Positions 38,376 through 48,016 are shown, numbered from the stretch's first letter. The stretch is DNA of 64,000 nucleotides from Bdellovibrionales bacterium (GCA_965205365.1 CBDBGT010000010.1:328048-392047); one strand, 5' to 3'. A program made the numbers and translations. Notes: a model not told the origin generated them from the sequence alone.

Positions 38376-39638
38376 TTGAGGTATAAAATGAAATTAATTC
38401 TACTGATTTTAATGTCTACAACTCTGTTTTCTACATCTGTAGCTCTGGGAGCTACAGAAAGCGACCGTGACCTCTACGTCTTCTTTATTAATAGTGATGG
38501 GGATTATATGGCCCATATTTGTGATGACAAAAAGTCTGATTGTGCCTTTTCTGACTTAGTTAAAAAAGATGTAAGCTCTCTTTATTTTGAAAAAACCGTT
38601 GATTTTGCAAAAAGTTGCGATCTCTGTGATGTAGTCATTGTCCATATCAAGCCCGAAAAACTAATGCAATCTATAAGCAACAAAGAAGGAATACAAGAAA
38701 GGGAGCTCACTTTTCATGAACAATTCTATATATACAGAGACGGCACTTTAAAAAAGAAAGAATATATCCTACGATTAAGTGCTTGGGTCCCCCTTGTACC
38801 TGTTGTGAGTCTCCTAACCTTACCTTTTAAAACGAAACATTTTAAAAAAGAAATAAAACTATTTAAAAAGACCCTTGGAAATAATGGCTCTCTTTCTAAA
38901 TACAGACATCAATATGCTTTTCTCTTTAGTCATAAGTTAAGTGATAAGAAAACAAGGTATGGAAGCTTTAGCTCTTCTAAATTTACAAAATTTTCTTTAA
39001 ACAGTTTTTTAGACGGAATCAATAAACTCTCTTTAACCATAAACGGGAAACAAAGACCTTATGATGCTTTATTTTTATCCCAATGCTTGTCAACAATAGA
39101 AACTGTTCATCAGGTGTATCAATCTCAATCAGCAAAATTAACTTTTGCCTCTCCAGAGATTGTACCGTTAGCTGGTTTAGTAGGTTTAGATATAAACTCA
39201 CTAAGAGATCATTTGAATGAGACTAATCAATCTGTCAAAGAGAACATCAAAGATTGGATGAAAAACCTTTTTGATTCAGAAGCTGAAGAAAATATATCTG
39301 AGCAAATAAAAGTAGAGTACACTCTATCTTTATACGATATGGTTCGTTTAAAAAATATGGAAGAGGACTTTCTTAGCGCTGTTAATATTGTAAAAAAAGC
39401 AAGAAAACTTAACAAAAAGAATCAAAAGCAAAAAGACATCGCTTCAGGAAAAGAAAAAAATCAAATGTTTTCCTTCTCAAACTCAGATTGTCAAAAATTA
39501 TCTGAACCACAAGAGCTTTTACCTTTAATGCAAAGGCTTTCCCAAGCAACATTTTATCTATCTAAACCCGGAACTCTTCAAACACTAATCAACTCCTCTT
39601 CAGACCTACCCACTCACTCTGGCTGGAGCTGCCTTTAA
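38376..39638 (+). CDS. hypothetical secreted protein
   Basis: 420 aa with signal peptide MKLILLILMSTTLFSTSVALG (probable start at 38388). I recognise no family. Confidence 0.5.
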   Translation: MRYKMKLILLILMSTTLFSTSVALGATESDRDLYVFFINSDGDYMAHICDDKKSDCAFSDLVKKDVSSLYFEKTVDFAKSCDLCDVVIVHIKPEKLMQSISNKEGIQERELTFHEQFYIYRDGTLKKKEYILRLSAWVPLVPVVSLLTLPFKTKHFKKEIKLFKKTLGNNGSLSKYRHQYAFLFSHKLSDKKTRYGSFSSSKFTKFSLNSFLDGINKLSLTINGKQRPYDALFLSQCLSTIETVHQVYQSQSAKLTFASPEIVPLAGLVGLDINSLRDHLNETNQSVKENIKDWMKNLFDSEAEENISEQIKVEYTLSLYDMVRLKNMEEDFLSAVNIVKKARKLNKKNQKQKDIASGKEKNQMFSFSNSDCQKLSEPQELLPLMQRLSQATFYLSKPGTLQTLINSSSDLPTHSGWSCL

Positions 39639-39868
39639 CCCACTAACACTTTAAATAGATTCAAAAATATTTAGATTGCCTAAAAACTAGTTGTAACGTG
39701 TACAGCCTTGTGCACTCCAGGAAGCGCTGGGTTTCTTGGATTTTTAAATTTATATTGATTAAAGTAAGGAGGCGGCAATAAATAGTTTCAAGAAGCAGTT
39801 TAAGGTTGAAAGAATACTAGGATTACCGCTTTGTTTATAGAATTTGGACTTCTTACTGTGCATTAATT

Positions 39869-40327
39869 TTAAATTTTTCTTTTTTTAGTTAAGTTTTTTA
39901 ACAATCTTTTTGTTAAATTAAAAACAAGAGGTTTTTGAGCAAAGCCCCTGTACTTAATAATTCGACCGTCCTTAAAACCTTTTAAGTTTGCAAATTTCTC
40001 AAGCCTAAACCCTGGATCGTAGAAAAAAACACCGTGATGTTTTTTTGCAATGGAATACTGATCTAGCAATGGTCCTACTTGTCTCCAAAAATAAATTGAA
40101 ACTACAACTTTAATATTTTTAGATTTTATTGTTTCAATGTTTCTTTCAACAAATTCAAAGCAACTTTTACACTCTTTATTTAAAAATATTACATATACAG
40201 TGTCCTCTCCCAAGAGACTCATTTCATTAGGATCTGACGCTCTTTGAAGTAAAAAAAGTTTTTGATTTGCAGCAATACAAACATTAAAAAACAACGTTAT
40301 AATTATAAAAACCACTTTAAATTTCAT
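39869..40327 (-). CDS. exported thioredoxin-fold-like protein with a CxxC motif
   Basis: 152 aa with a signal peptide and VIFLNKECKSCFEF (C-K-S-C), positioned as in thioredoxin-like oxidoreductases. Confidence 0.45.
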   Translation of the reverse strand: MKFKVVFIIITLFFNVCIAANQKLFLLQRASDPNEMSLLGEDTVYVIFLNKECKSCFEFVERNIETIKSKNIKVVVSIYFWRQVGPLLDQYSIAKKHHGVFFYDPGFRLEKFANLKGFKDGRIIKYRGFAQKPLVFNLTKRLLKNLTKKRKI

Positions 40328-40331
40328 GCTC

Positions 40332-41177
40332 TTACTCCGATGTTAAATTAAATAGGTACATGCCATTTTGAAACTCCGCAGATGATAAAAAAGTATGCCT
40401 CTTATTGTTTTGAAAATTTAAAAAAAATGACTTCTCCTTAAATGCATATTCTAAAGTTTTACCTTCTAAACAAGTTAAACCATTTTCAATATCCTTGGTG
40501 GGACCAAAACATTCAAATCCAGCACTCACACTAAGCAAGGGATAAATTATTTTTACTCTAACCCTTATTCCTGTTAAAACATTCCCCTCTGTAAACTGTG
40601 GCAAATCAAAAATCACATCAGAGATGTTGTTAAATACAATGTCACCATCATCAGGAGAAACGCTGCCTGGAGTGTTTGAAGAACCCATATCGATAATCAA
40701 CTGACCACTTCTGTGGGTGCTCTTATTATAGGTTTCATTTTTTTTCCTAAAAAAAACACCTGTAGGTCGGTACACACTTTTCATTAAAAGAGGGGTGTTT
40801 AATGAAGAAAGCGTGACCTCTCTTGCAAAATACATAATCGTTTTACTCTCCATAGTTCCCATAGATGCGTCTTGAGTGTATTCAAAACTTCTCACAAACC
40901 CTGCCCCATCGAAAGAACCCTGAGTGCCATCTAGCTCTTCATTGAAATAACGAACATTCACTCCCGAAAGTGCTATGGATTTTAATGTGGCTTCTAAAAA
41001 ATGTATATCAGATTCAATTTGATTTATTTTCTCAAATTTAGTACTTGTTATTTTTAAGTTCAGCATTATAGAAGCACCTCCAAAAATAATGAAAGAGCCT
41101 ATTGTAAAAGAAACTATAAGCTCCAACAATGTCATACCTGACATTAGTTTGAAATTCTTAAATTCTATTTTTTCCAT
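40332..41177 (-). CDS. prepilin-type (pseudopilin / minor pilin-like) protein
   Basis: 281 aa starting MEKIEFKNFKLMSG|MTLLELIVSFTIGSFIIFGG. This is a class III signal with Gly at -1 and Glu at +5. Confidence 0.65.
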   Translation of the reverse strand: MEKIEFKNFKLMSGMTLLELIVSFTIGSFIIFGGASIMLNLKITSTKFEKINQIESDIHFLEATLKSIALSGVNVRYFNEELDGTQGSFDGAGFVRSFEYTQDASMGTMESKTIMYFAREVTLSSLNTPLLMKSVYRPTGVFFRKKNETYNKSTHRSGQLIIDMGSSNTPGSVSPDDGDIVFNNISDVIFDLPQFTEGNVLTGIRVRVKIIYPLLSVSAGFECFGPTKDIENGLTCLEGKTLEYAFKEKSFFLNFQNNKRHTFLSSAEFQNGMYLFNLTSE

Positions 41178-42151
41178 AAAACCTCCAAAAAATCATTTTT
41201 CAATAACTTAAAAGGCAAAAGCAGCTCAGCGACAATTGGTTTTTCTAAAATATCCTCATACCCTTTAACGCCCATCTGAAAAACTTCATTCTTCTGTGGT
41301 TTATAAAATGTTCCAAATATTAAATCCCATACAGATAAGACAACACCAAAATTTTTATCCCCATGCTTTACATCTGAACTATGATGTATTTGATGCATAT
41401 AGGGGCTTATAAACATATAACTTAACCTCCCATATCCTATGCGAATATGACTATGTCTTAAATGTATAATGATATTGAAAAATATCACATTATAAACAAT
41501 TGGATTTATATAAATGTCAGGTGTTCCATAAATTTTTACTTTTAAAATTAAAATTATATACCCTAAACTTACAAATACCGCTGAAAAAATTTCGTTAAAT
41601 AAATAATCCAGAGGGTGTTGTCGGGTTTTAGTAAACGGAGTTAAAGATGTGGCCAGATGATGAATCATATGAAAACGCCAGAATGTTTTTATTTTATGCC
41701 TTAAAAAATGACTCAAGAATGCTGAAAAATCAATTAATAAAAAAGTTACAAACGAGAGCCAAATAGGCCCATAATAGGCATCTAAATAAATTGCTGGTTC
41801 TAAACTTAGAAGCCCAGAATCTCTAAGGGTGGATTCAACAAAATCCTTAATTTCATTTAAATTAATGGCAAAAAAACCAAAGAACAATGGTTTAAATAAA
41901 AATCGAAGAAAAAAGTAATAAAAATCTTTATACATTTCTAAACGACAACACTTATTATAAAAAAACCCATTAATTTCTTTTATAACATTTTTATTTTCAA
42001 TAAAAAACATGTACGCAATACCAAATAAAAAACTAGTGATAAACCATAAAAAATAATAAAAATGATAGTTTTCAAAAAATATTATTTTATTAAATAAGTC
42101 TAATGGTTGAGTCCAAAAAAATAATAAAAAATCATCAATTCGCTCCCTCAT
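41165..42151 (-). CDS. fatty acid hydroxylase / sterol desaturase-superfamily membrane protein
   Basis: His boxes HFLRH, HMIHH and HQIHH, and multi-TM. I chose the start at Met34 (MRERIDDF...) of track ORF 41165-42250, because the first 33 codons read the out-of-frame remnant of the pilin-like gene tail. Confidence 0.7.
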   Translation of the reverse strand: MRERIDDFLLFFWTQPLDLFNKIIFFENYHFYYFLWFITSFLFGIAYMFFIENKNVIKEINGFFYNKCCRLEMYKDFYYFFLRFLFKPLFFGFFAINLNEIKDFVESTLRDSGLLSLEPAIYLDAYYGPIWLSFVTFLLIDFSAFLSHFLRHKIKTFWRFHMIHHLATSLTPFTKTRQHPLDYLFNEIFSAVFVSLGYIILILKVKIYGTPDIYINPIVYNVIFFNIIIHLRHSHIRIGYGRLSYMFISPYMHQIHHSSDVKHGDKNFGVVLSVWDLIFGTFYKPQKNEVFQMGVKGYEDILEKPIVAELLLPFKLLKNDFLEVLWKK

Positions 42152-42180
42152 AAATTCACTTCTTTCACCTAAGGGCACCA

Positions 42181-42378
42181 TCAGCGCCATCGCCACTCGG
42201 TGGAGGCGGCGGTGGATTGTATGAACATGTATTTTCCATAGTTTTTCCAATTTAAAGTCTCTTTGTTCAATCTAGAATTGCTATAATAGCCAAAGCTAAG
42301 AACAAAAGTTAGCAGTATTGACGCGGACACCATCACTTCAATGAGCGAAAACCCATTTAACTTCTTATTTATCATCAA
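42181..42378 (-). pseudogene. internally deleted copy (Y0) of the large type IV pilin-like gene; keeps its own start and prepilin leader
   Basis: MMINKKLNG|FSLIEVMVSASILLTFVLSFGYYSNSRLNKETLN is joined directly to the C-terminal ...ACTATGGAAAATACATG... region of the full-length copies, but out of frame (..WKNYGKYMFIQSTAASTEWRWR*). Confidence 0.75.
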
Positions 42379-42389
42379 CTCCCCTCTTA

Positions 42390-43019
42390 TTAAAACTGTC
42401 TTATGGCAAAAGTTTGAACAATCTTATCTAAACCTGAACAGGCGAACTCTCCATTTAAACAAAATGCAATGGAAAAACATTCAGTATGGCTCATAGTGCA
42501 ATCAACATAATTTGAATTGAGATTGTTTCCTATGTCTTTTACAGGAAACGTCACATAAGCTAAGGCTTTAGTAGATGAACCACCTACCCTAACAGGTTCT
42601 ACGTTTAAACTTAATCCTGTGTAAATACCTTTTTCATACTGCCTTAACAGAGGAAGAGAGGGTGGAGGGGTAGCTGGAGCAGGACTGCCTCCACTTGGTC
42701 CTCTTTGCCCTGAAATACATAGTTTTTGGCCATTTTCTAGATTTTTAAGAAAGCATCCTTCTTCAATTTCAAGCCAACACAATTTAAGTCCAAGATTTAA
42801 CCCTGGATCTTCTTTTGAACCTGCTGGGCACCCTACAAGCTCCTGCCCAAGATCGTATGCTTCGCGTGTTTTTCTTACAATTTCAAGTTGAGCATTAATT
42901 CTTAAAAGCCTTCTTTTAAAAATTATAGTCGTGTTTTCACCCATATCAAGGGACGTTGTTACATTAGCTATTAATACAAGGGCAAAGGTTACGATCATTA
43001 TTACAAATGAAATTAACAT
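42390..43019 (-). CDS. small Cys-containing membrane-anchored protein X (pilus-locus associated)
   Basis: 209 aa with an N-terminal hydrophobic helix MLISFVIMIVTFALVLIAN. It is the only full-length copy. Units 2 and 3 keep only its first ~32 and last ~70 codons. Confidence 0.55.
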   Translation of the reverse strand: MLISFVIMIVTFALVLIANVTTSLDMGENTTIIFKRRLLRINAQLEIVRKTREAYDLGQELVGCPAGSKEDPGLNLGLKLCWLEIEEGCFLKNLENGQKLCISGQRGPSGGSPAPATPPPSLPLLRQYEKGIYTGLSLNVEPVRVGGSSTKALAYVTFPVKDIGNNLNSNYVDCTMSHTECFSIAFCLNGEFACSGLDKIVQTFAIRQF

Positions 43020-43025
43020 AGTTAC

Positions 43026-44543
43026 CCTAAATGCGACAAAAATTTAAAGGGTTTTAAAGAAGAAAAAGATTGAAAGACCTAAGGCAACTTGGTTTCATTG
43101 AGTTACTAAAAACAAAAAACATTGTAACCAAAGGCCATTTCAATGAGATATAGAAGACAAGATATTTTAAGCGTCGTCAAATCCGATTTACAAATTGAGT
43201 TTGCTAAGCAGAGCATTACGTCTTACTCAGGGCTTGAACTTTTCAGAAAATACTTTCACCTCATAAACCTTAATTCCCGCATCAGATCTGCCTTTCGCGG
43301 TTTTGACTTTGGCGGAGACTACAGTGTTGTTCACTATGTTTTAGTTTTTATTGCACTGTGGCTTACAGGCGGTAAGCGCCTGCGACATATAGGCTTTATT
43401 GGCGATGACCCTCTTGTTAAAAGGCTTTGTGGGCTTAAGACTTTACCATCAGATCGAACTGTCAGCAGATGGCTAGGTCAGTTTACAAATGATTCGCTCC
43501 AAGCCTTAGTAAAGTTAAATTCAGATATGGCCTTAGAAAAAGTTGGAGAGCTTGACCTAAAAACTGTAACTCTAGATTTTGACGGCACTGTTCTAAGCTG
43601 TGGCAATCAAGTTGAATGGGCTTTTAGAGGCTACAATCCAAAGAGACGATACTCAAAAAGTTACTTTCCACTTCTTTGCTATATTGCTCAAACTGGACAT
43701 TTTTTAAAAGTCAAAAATCGTCCAGGCAATGTTCATGATGGAAAATCAGGCGCTTTGGAAACCATCAAAGCATCTGTTAGTGAGGTCGAATCTAAACTTG
43801 GAAAAGTTAGACTTGAGACCCGTATGGATTCAGCATTTTTTAAAGAGGACATTTTAAAGTATTTACTTTCATCAAAAATAGAGTTTGCGATGAAGGTTCC
43901 GATGTGGAGATGGCTAGGGTTAAAAGACATGATCAACAGTCGCATTAGATGGAATCACTCAAATTCAAAGCTGGCTTGGTTTTACAAGGAGATTGAAGTT
44001 CCTGCATGGGGTATCACTATACCGCTTTATTTTTTCAGATCAAAAATCTCTGACAAGATTCCAAAGTCAGGCCACCAGTTAGATTTGTTTACTCCAGATG
44101 ATGGTGTTTATGAGTACTCAGTCATCACTTCAAATAAAGACATCTGTGCGGATAAGGTTTTAGATTTTTTCAATGGCAGGTGTGCAATGGAGCATCAGAT
44201 TTCAGAACTAAAGGGTGAGTTTGCATTTGATGTGGTGCCAACCAGATCCTATCAAGGCAACTCTGCTCATCAAAACATTTCACTCTTGGCTTACAATTTA
44301 GTTCGCAATTTTCAAATTGATTCAAGTTTAACAGAAGCTAGGAAAAAAACTGCAAAAAGGACAAATATTTTTTCTGCTCAGTCTTTAAAAACACTGCGGT
44401 TTGAGATGATTGCAACTGCTGGCAGAATTCTAAACTCTTCAGGTGCTAAAATTTTAAGAATCAATCAGAATACTCAAAGAGAGCACCTTTACCAAAAAAT
44501 TCAAAAGCATCTAAAGGCAGCTTAAATTTTTGTCGCATTTAGG
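43026..44543 (+). mobile_element. IS1380-family insertion sequence (1518 bp)
   Basis: IRs CCTAAATGCGACAAAAATTTA (both ends). The 4-bp duplication TTAC is at 43022-43025 and 44544-44547. Confidence 0.85.
43143..44525 (+). CDS. IS1380-family transposase
   Basis: 460 aa with PSDRTVSRWL, TLDFDGTVLSCGNQVEWAFRGYNPKRRYSKSYFPL and CAMEHQISELKGEF...LLAYNL. This fits the IS1380 pattern. Confidence 0.8.
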   Translation: MRYRRQDILSVVKSDLQIEFAKQSITSYSGLELFRKYFHLINLNSRIRSAFRGFDFGGDYSVVHYVLVFIALWLTGGKRLRHIGFIGDDPLVKRLCGLKTLPSDRTVSRWLGQFTNDSLQALVKLNSDMALEKVGELDLKTVTLDFDGTVLSCGNQVEWAFRGYNPKRRYSKSYFPLLCYIAQTGHFLKVKNRPGNVHDGKSGALETIKASVSEVESKLGKVRLETRMDSAFFKEDILKYLLSSKIEFAMKVPMWRWLGLKDMINSRIRWNHSNSKLAWFYKEIEVPAWGITIPLYFFRSKISDKIPKSGHQLDLFTPDDGVYEYSVITSNKDICADKVLDFFNGRCAMEHQISELKGEFAFDVVPTRSYQGNSAHQNISLLAYNLVRNFQIDSSLTEARKKTAKRTNIFSAQSLKTLRFEMIATAGRILNSSGAKILRINQNTQREHLYQKIQKHLKAA

Positions 44544-44910
44544 TTACTTAACCTCATTATAAGAAGAAGGTTTATTAATATTCTTGCTCAATTCAACTAT
44601 AAATACAAATCCTATGAAATAAGACTTTAGATTAAAGTTTCTATAAAATTTAGTTTGAGAATGATTTAGTTTACTACAAAAAATGAATTGATTGAAGAAT
44701 TAATGCTACATAAATAGGTTCCATTTAAGATAAAAGTCTAGCGCCTCACCACTTTAAAACTTTTCCACTGTTGAACAATTATCCTAAGGCTCCCCTTCCT
44801 GATTGCACCAACTCTTAATTAAAAACCAAAAATAATAATAAAAAATCCTTAATTTACTCCTATAGACTCACTTCTTTCACCCGTTGGCACCATCAGCAGA
44901 GGGGCCAGCA

Positions 44911-46562
44911 CTAAGGACCATCACCACCATCATTACCACCATCACCATCACCATCACTACCATCAGCATCACCACCATCACGATTACCATCTTTGCCGCC
45001 GTCACCGTCACGACCGCCGCCGCTACTGCCACCGTCATTACTAACCCAGCTACCGTCACCCCGGCCGCCACCAACCCACTTTCTCCCGCAGCTCCCGCTA
45101 CCACCACTCGGTGGAGGAGGTGGATTGTATGAGCATGTATTTTCCATAGTTCTTCCACCACGAGGACACCAACCCACTCCTGTATAATAACCCGTGCACG
45201 GTCTACAAGTAGATAACGGCAGTGACGCCATGATCTGAGACGCAGCCACTGCTGATATATTGTGAGCTATATCTATATAACGTGCCTTTAAAGACATTCG
45301 ACATCCAAAACCTAAATTAGAATAACGTAAATTATACCCCAAATTAGACTCTGCTCTATTTATGTTGTCAGGCGCCTTACCACACAAGGTCACTTCGTTA
45401 CAACGCACCCATTTTCCTGACGTTGTAAAAGATGTCTTAACCGCTCCACCTGGACATACTGGAACTCCAGCTGGACCCTCAAACGTTGACTCATCTTTAC
45501 ACACCATTACAAAAGCTTTTGCTTTTGACTCCGCAAAGCCTGTTAAATCAACATTCATATTGATTCCTGTTGCACACTGAGGTGTTGGAGCGCTTTGATA
45601 CATATTGATGTTAATATTTCTTAGCTCGTTTTCATCAGCTGCAATTCTTGGATATGAAAAAAGAGAACTTAATGAACATTTTTTGTTGTCATTGTTTTTA
45701 CCAATATAACTTGTTGTCGCTGTAATCCAAAAACCTATATCAGAACACCCATTGTCTTCAACAGTGATTCCATCTAAAAAATCTTTTGACTGTGGATGCC
45801 CTAACCTACTCCCACCAGGTATGGCTAACACTGGCCATGGATTACAAGACCGCTCTCCTGTTAGAATGTTATAAACCTCTATTTTTAAGGTTGTTACTGG
45901 TGATTTTAATCTGTACTCAACATCAGAATCTTCTAAACTCATAGGCGCACTTCCCCTATAAGAGCGTCCATGAACAGTTGAGCAAAACCTACTGTCCTTA
46001 TTATAAATAGCATTTAATGTGGACATCACCCCTCGAAGAGACAAATAATTTCTAATAATGGTGTCTGAGCCTGTTTTAATCCACAGCTCTTCCTCATCAC
46101 CGACAATCTCATCATCATCAAAAAGAACATTAGATTTACCTAAACTGTTGTTTAAAAATTTAATTTCATTTGTATTGTCATCTAACTTAGCTACGGATTT
46201 TGCAACGCCCAAAGTCTTTAACTTATCTAAAGTTCCACGGGTATAGGATACACACTCTCTATGTAAGTTTAAAGTCTCTTTGTTCAACCTAGAATTGCTA
46301 TAATAGCCAAAGCTAAGAACAAAAGTTAACAGTATTGAAACAGACACCATCACTTCAATAAGTGAAAACCCATGTAACTTCTTGTGGTTCTTGTCTAAGC
46401 CTGAACAGGTGAACTCTCCATAGTTGTTTCCTATATCTTTTACAAGAGGCGTAACATAGGCTAAGGCTTTAGTAGATGAATCGCCTACCGTAACAGGTTC
46501 TATGTTTAAGCTTAATCCTGTGTAAGTACCTTTTTCATGCTGCCTTAGCAGAGAGAGAATAA
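44911..46562 (-). CDS. large type IV pilin-like protein Y1, with no start codon of its own; open frame runs from the C23 tract to the stop
   Basis: Track ORF 44911-46353 (480 aa) begins only at a GTG inside the prepilin hydrophobic segment. My translation shows the same frame is open back to the tract (LILSLLRQHEKGTYTGLSLNIEPV...GEFTCSGLDKNHKKLHG|FSLIEVMVSVS...). It has a Gly/Asp-rich tail. Confidence 0.7.
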
Positions 46563-46585
46563 GGGGGGGGGGGGGGGGGGGGGGG
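46563..46585 (-). repeat. homopolymer tract G23 on plus strand (C23 in the coding sense), unit 2
   Basis: Counted directly (8+10+5). Confidence 0.9.
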
Positions 46586-46679
46586 TGAATTGAGTTTTGA
46601 CCCTTAAAAACTTTCTTTTAAAAATCATAATCATGTTTTTACCCATATGAAGAGATGTTGTTACAAATAAAATTAACAT
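46586..46679 (-). CDS. X-derived leader ORF (start codon plus 31 codons) feeding into the C tract, unit 2
   Basis: ATG at 46679 gives MLILFVTTSLHMGKNMIMIFKRKFLRVKTQFT followed by poly-Pro. With C23 it terminates at a TAA 15 nt after the tract. Confidence 0.6.
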
Positions 46680-46697
46680 AGCGACTTAACCTTACTT

Positions 46698-47719
46698 AAC
46701 CCGAGTTCGAACTTTCTAAACCTACTGAAGCAGCCTTTCTTCAAGTACTTGAAGTCTAATAGAGGGTTTTCTTGGACGCAAACAGTACGCCGTTAGTGCC
46801 GAAAGTAAATTTACCACAAAGTTTTTTGGGCTTCGGTGTCTTGAGTGTTCAAGATGAAATTCCTCCTTTAAAATCCCAAAAGCAGTTTCAACAATGTACC
46901 TTTTCCTCAGGAGTAGTTTATCAAAAAGAGGAACAAACTTATTTTTCATATTGGATTTAAGATTTGTTATGACTTGAACCCCTTTACTCATCAATTTTTC
47001 AAATAGCTTTTGGGATATATATCCTTTGTCTCCAAACAATTTTCCAAAAATATTCTCAGCTAAACCCTCTACAGGCTTTGTATCATGAACATTTCCTGGG
47101 GTTATGGTAAAACTTAAGAGCTCCCCTTTGTGAGAAATTACTATGTGAACTTTAAAACCAAAGAACCAGCCCATTGTTGATTTCCCACGTTTTGCAAGTC
47201 CTTTAAAGGTTTTGTGACGACCGATTCTTTTGTTATTACAAACAACAATGGGACTGGAGTCTACAACAGATATTCCTGTGCAAATATTTGATTGCATAAG
47301 TGAGTGTAAAAAAATAAGAATTTGAGGTGCTGAAGATTTTTTAAGTTCTACAAACCTATTGTAGGACAAGAGTTTTGGGAAATAAGGTTTTAGAAATTTT
47401 TGAACATAACCTGTATAGAAAGCTTTAAAATTTCTGAAGCCGGAAAATTGGAATAATAAACAGATGGTGATGACTTCAGACTCAGATAACGCAGATGGAA
47501 AACCTCTCTTTCTTTTGCTGGGTATGAGTTTGGACTGTTCTTTGTTTAACCCTAAAATAAAGTCGTCAACAAGAGTAAAAACTTCTATAATTTGATTCTC
47601 TTCGATCATTCCCGGCTCCTTTTTGCAGATCAGTAAAAAACAACTAAATCTTACAAAAGGCTGGGATGATCTTTTATTTATCCAGCACTTAGGTCCTGAA
47701 AAAAGTTCGAACTCGGGTT
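46698..47719 (-). mobile_element. IS982-family element, copy 3 (1022 bp, intact)
   Basis: Same ends as copy 2. The flanking duplication is ACTT (or TACTTA). The uninterrupted target CCTTACTTAAGT is present in the paralogous unit at 49810-49821. Confidence 0.9.
46722..47609 (-). CDS. IS982-family transposase (identical to 29681-30568)
   Basis: The 295-aa translation is identical in the track. Confidence 0.8.
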   Translation of the reverse strand: MIEENQIIEVFTLVDDFILGLNKEQSKLIPSKRKRGFPSALSESEVITICLLFQFSGFRNFKAFYTGYVQKFLKPYFPKLLSYNRFVELKKSSAPQILIFLHSLMQSNICTGISVVDSSPIVVCNNKRIGRHKTFKGLAKRGKSTMGWFFGFKVHIVISHKGELLSFTITPGNVHDTKPVEGLAENIFGKLFGDKGYISQKLFEKLMSKGVQVITNLKSNMKNKFVPLFDKLLLRKRYIVETAFGILKEEFHLEHSRHRSPKNFVVNLLSALTAYCLRPRKPSIRLQVLEERLLQ

Positions 47720-48016
47720 ACTTAAGTAAAAAAATTTATTAATATTCTTGCTCAATTTAACTATAAATACAAATCCTATAAAATAAGGCTTTAGATTAAA
47801 AGTGCTATAAAGTTTAGTTTAAGAGCGATTTAGTTTACTACAAAAGATGAATTGATTCCGTTTAAGACAAAAGCCTAGTGCTTCCACCTCATTACTTTAA
47901 AACTTTTCCACTGTTGAACAATTATCCTAAGGCTCCTCTTCCTGATTACACCAACTCTAAATTAAAAACCAAAAATAATAATAAACACTTAATTTACTCC
48001 TATAGACTCACTTCTT

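Noticed and set aside
38376-39638. Faint resemblance of the 420-aa secreted protein to clostripain-like (C11) peptidases (LYVFFINSDGDYM; ..LFLSQCLS..).
   Set aside because: The match is only to short degenerate strings recalled from memory, and a His/Cys catalytic dyad cannot be placed with confidence. I leave it as hypothetical.
42152-42250. N-terminal 33 codons of track ORF 41165-42250 (MEKLWKIHVHTIHRRLHRV...).
   Set aside because: The same peptide-like string appears out of frame over the tails of Y1 and Y2 (MVEELWKIHAHTIH...). It is a read-through of the pilin-gene remnant, so the hydroxylase more plausibly starts at Met34 (42151).
45030-45050. RGD tripeptide (GGGRGDGSW) in the tails of Y1 and Y2 as a possible integrin-binding motif.
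   Set aside because: It lies in a Gly/Asp/Arg low-complexity stretch where RGD is expected by chance, so there is no supporting context.
44877-45187. Track ORFs 44877-45161(-), 44884-45132(+) and 44993-45187(+), and their unit-3 counterparts 47878-48171, 47989-48288 and 48024-48314. They encode V/M/T/H/P-rich low-complexity peptides.
   Set aside because: They are alternative-frame or antisense readings of the GGN/GAY triplet-repeat tail of Y1 and Y2. They have no RBS, and their composition is the mirror image of the Gly/Asp tail.
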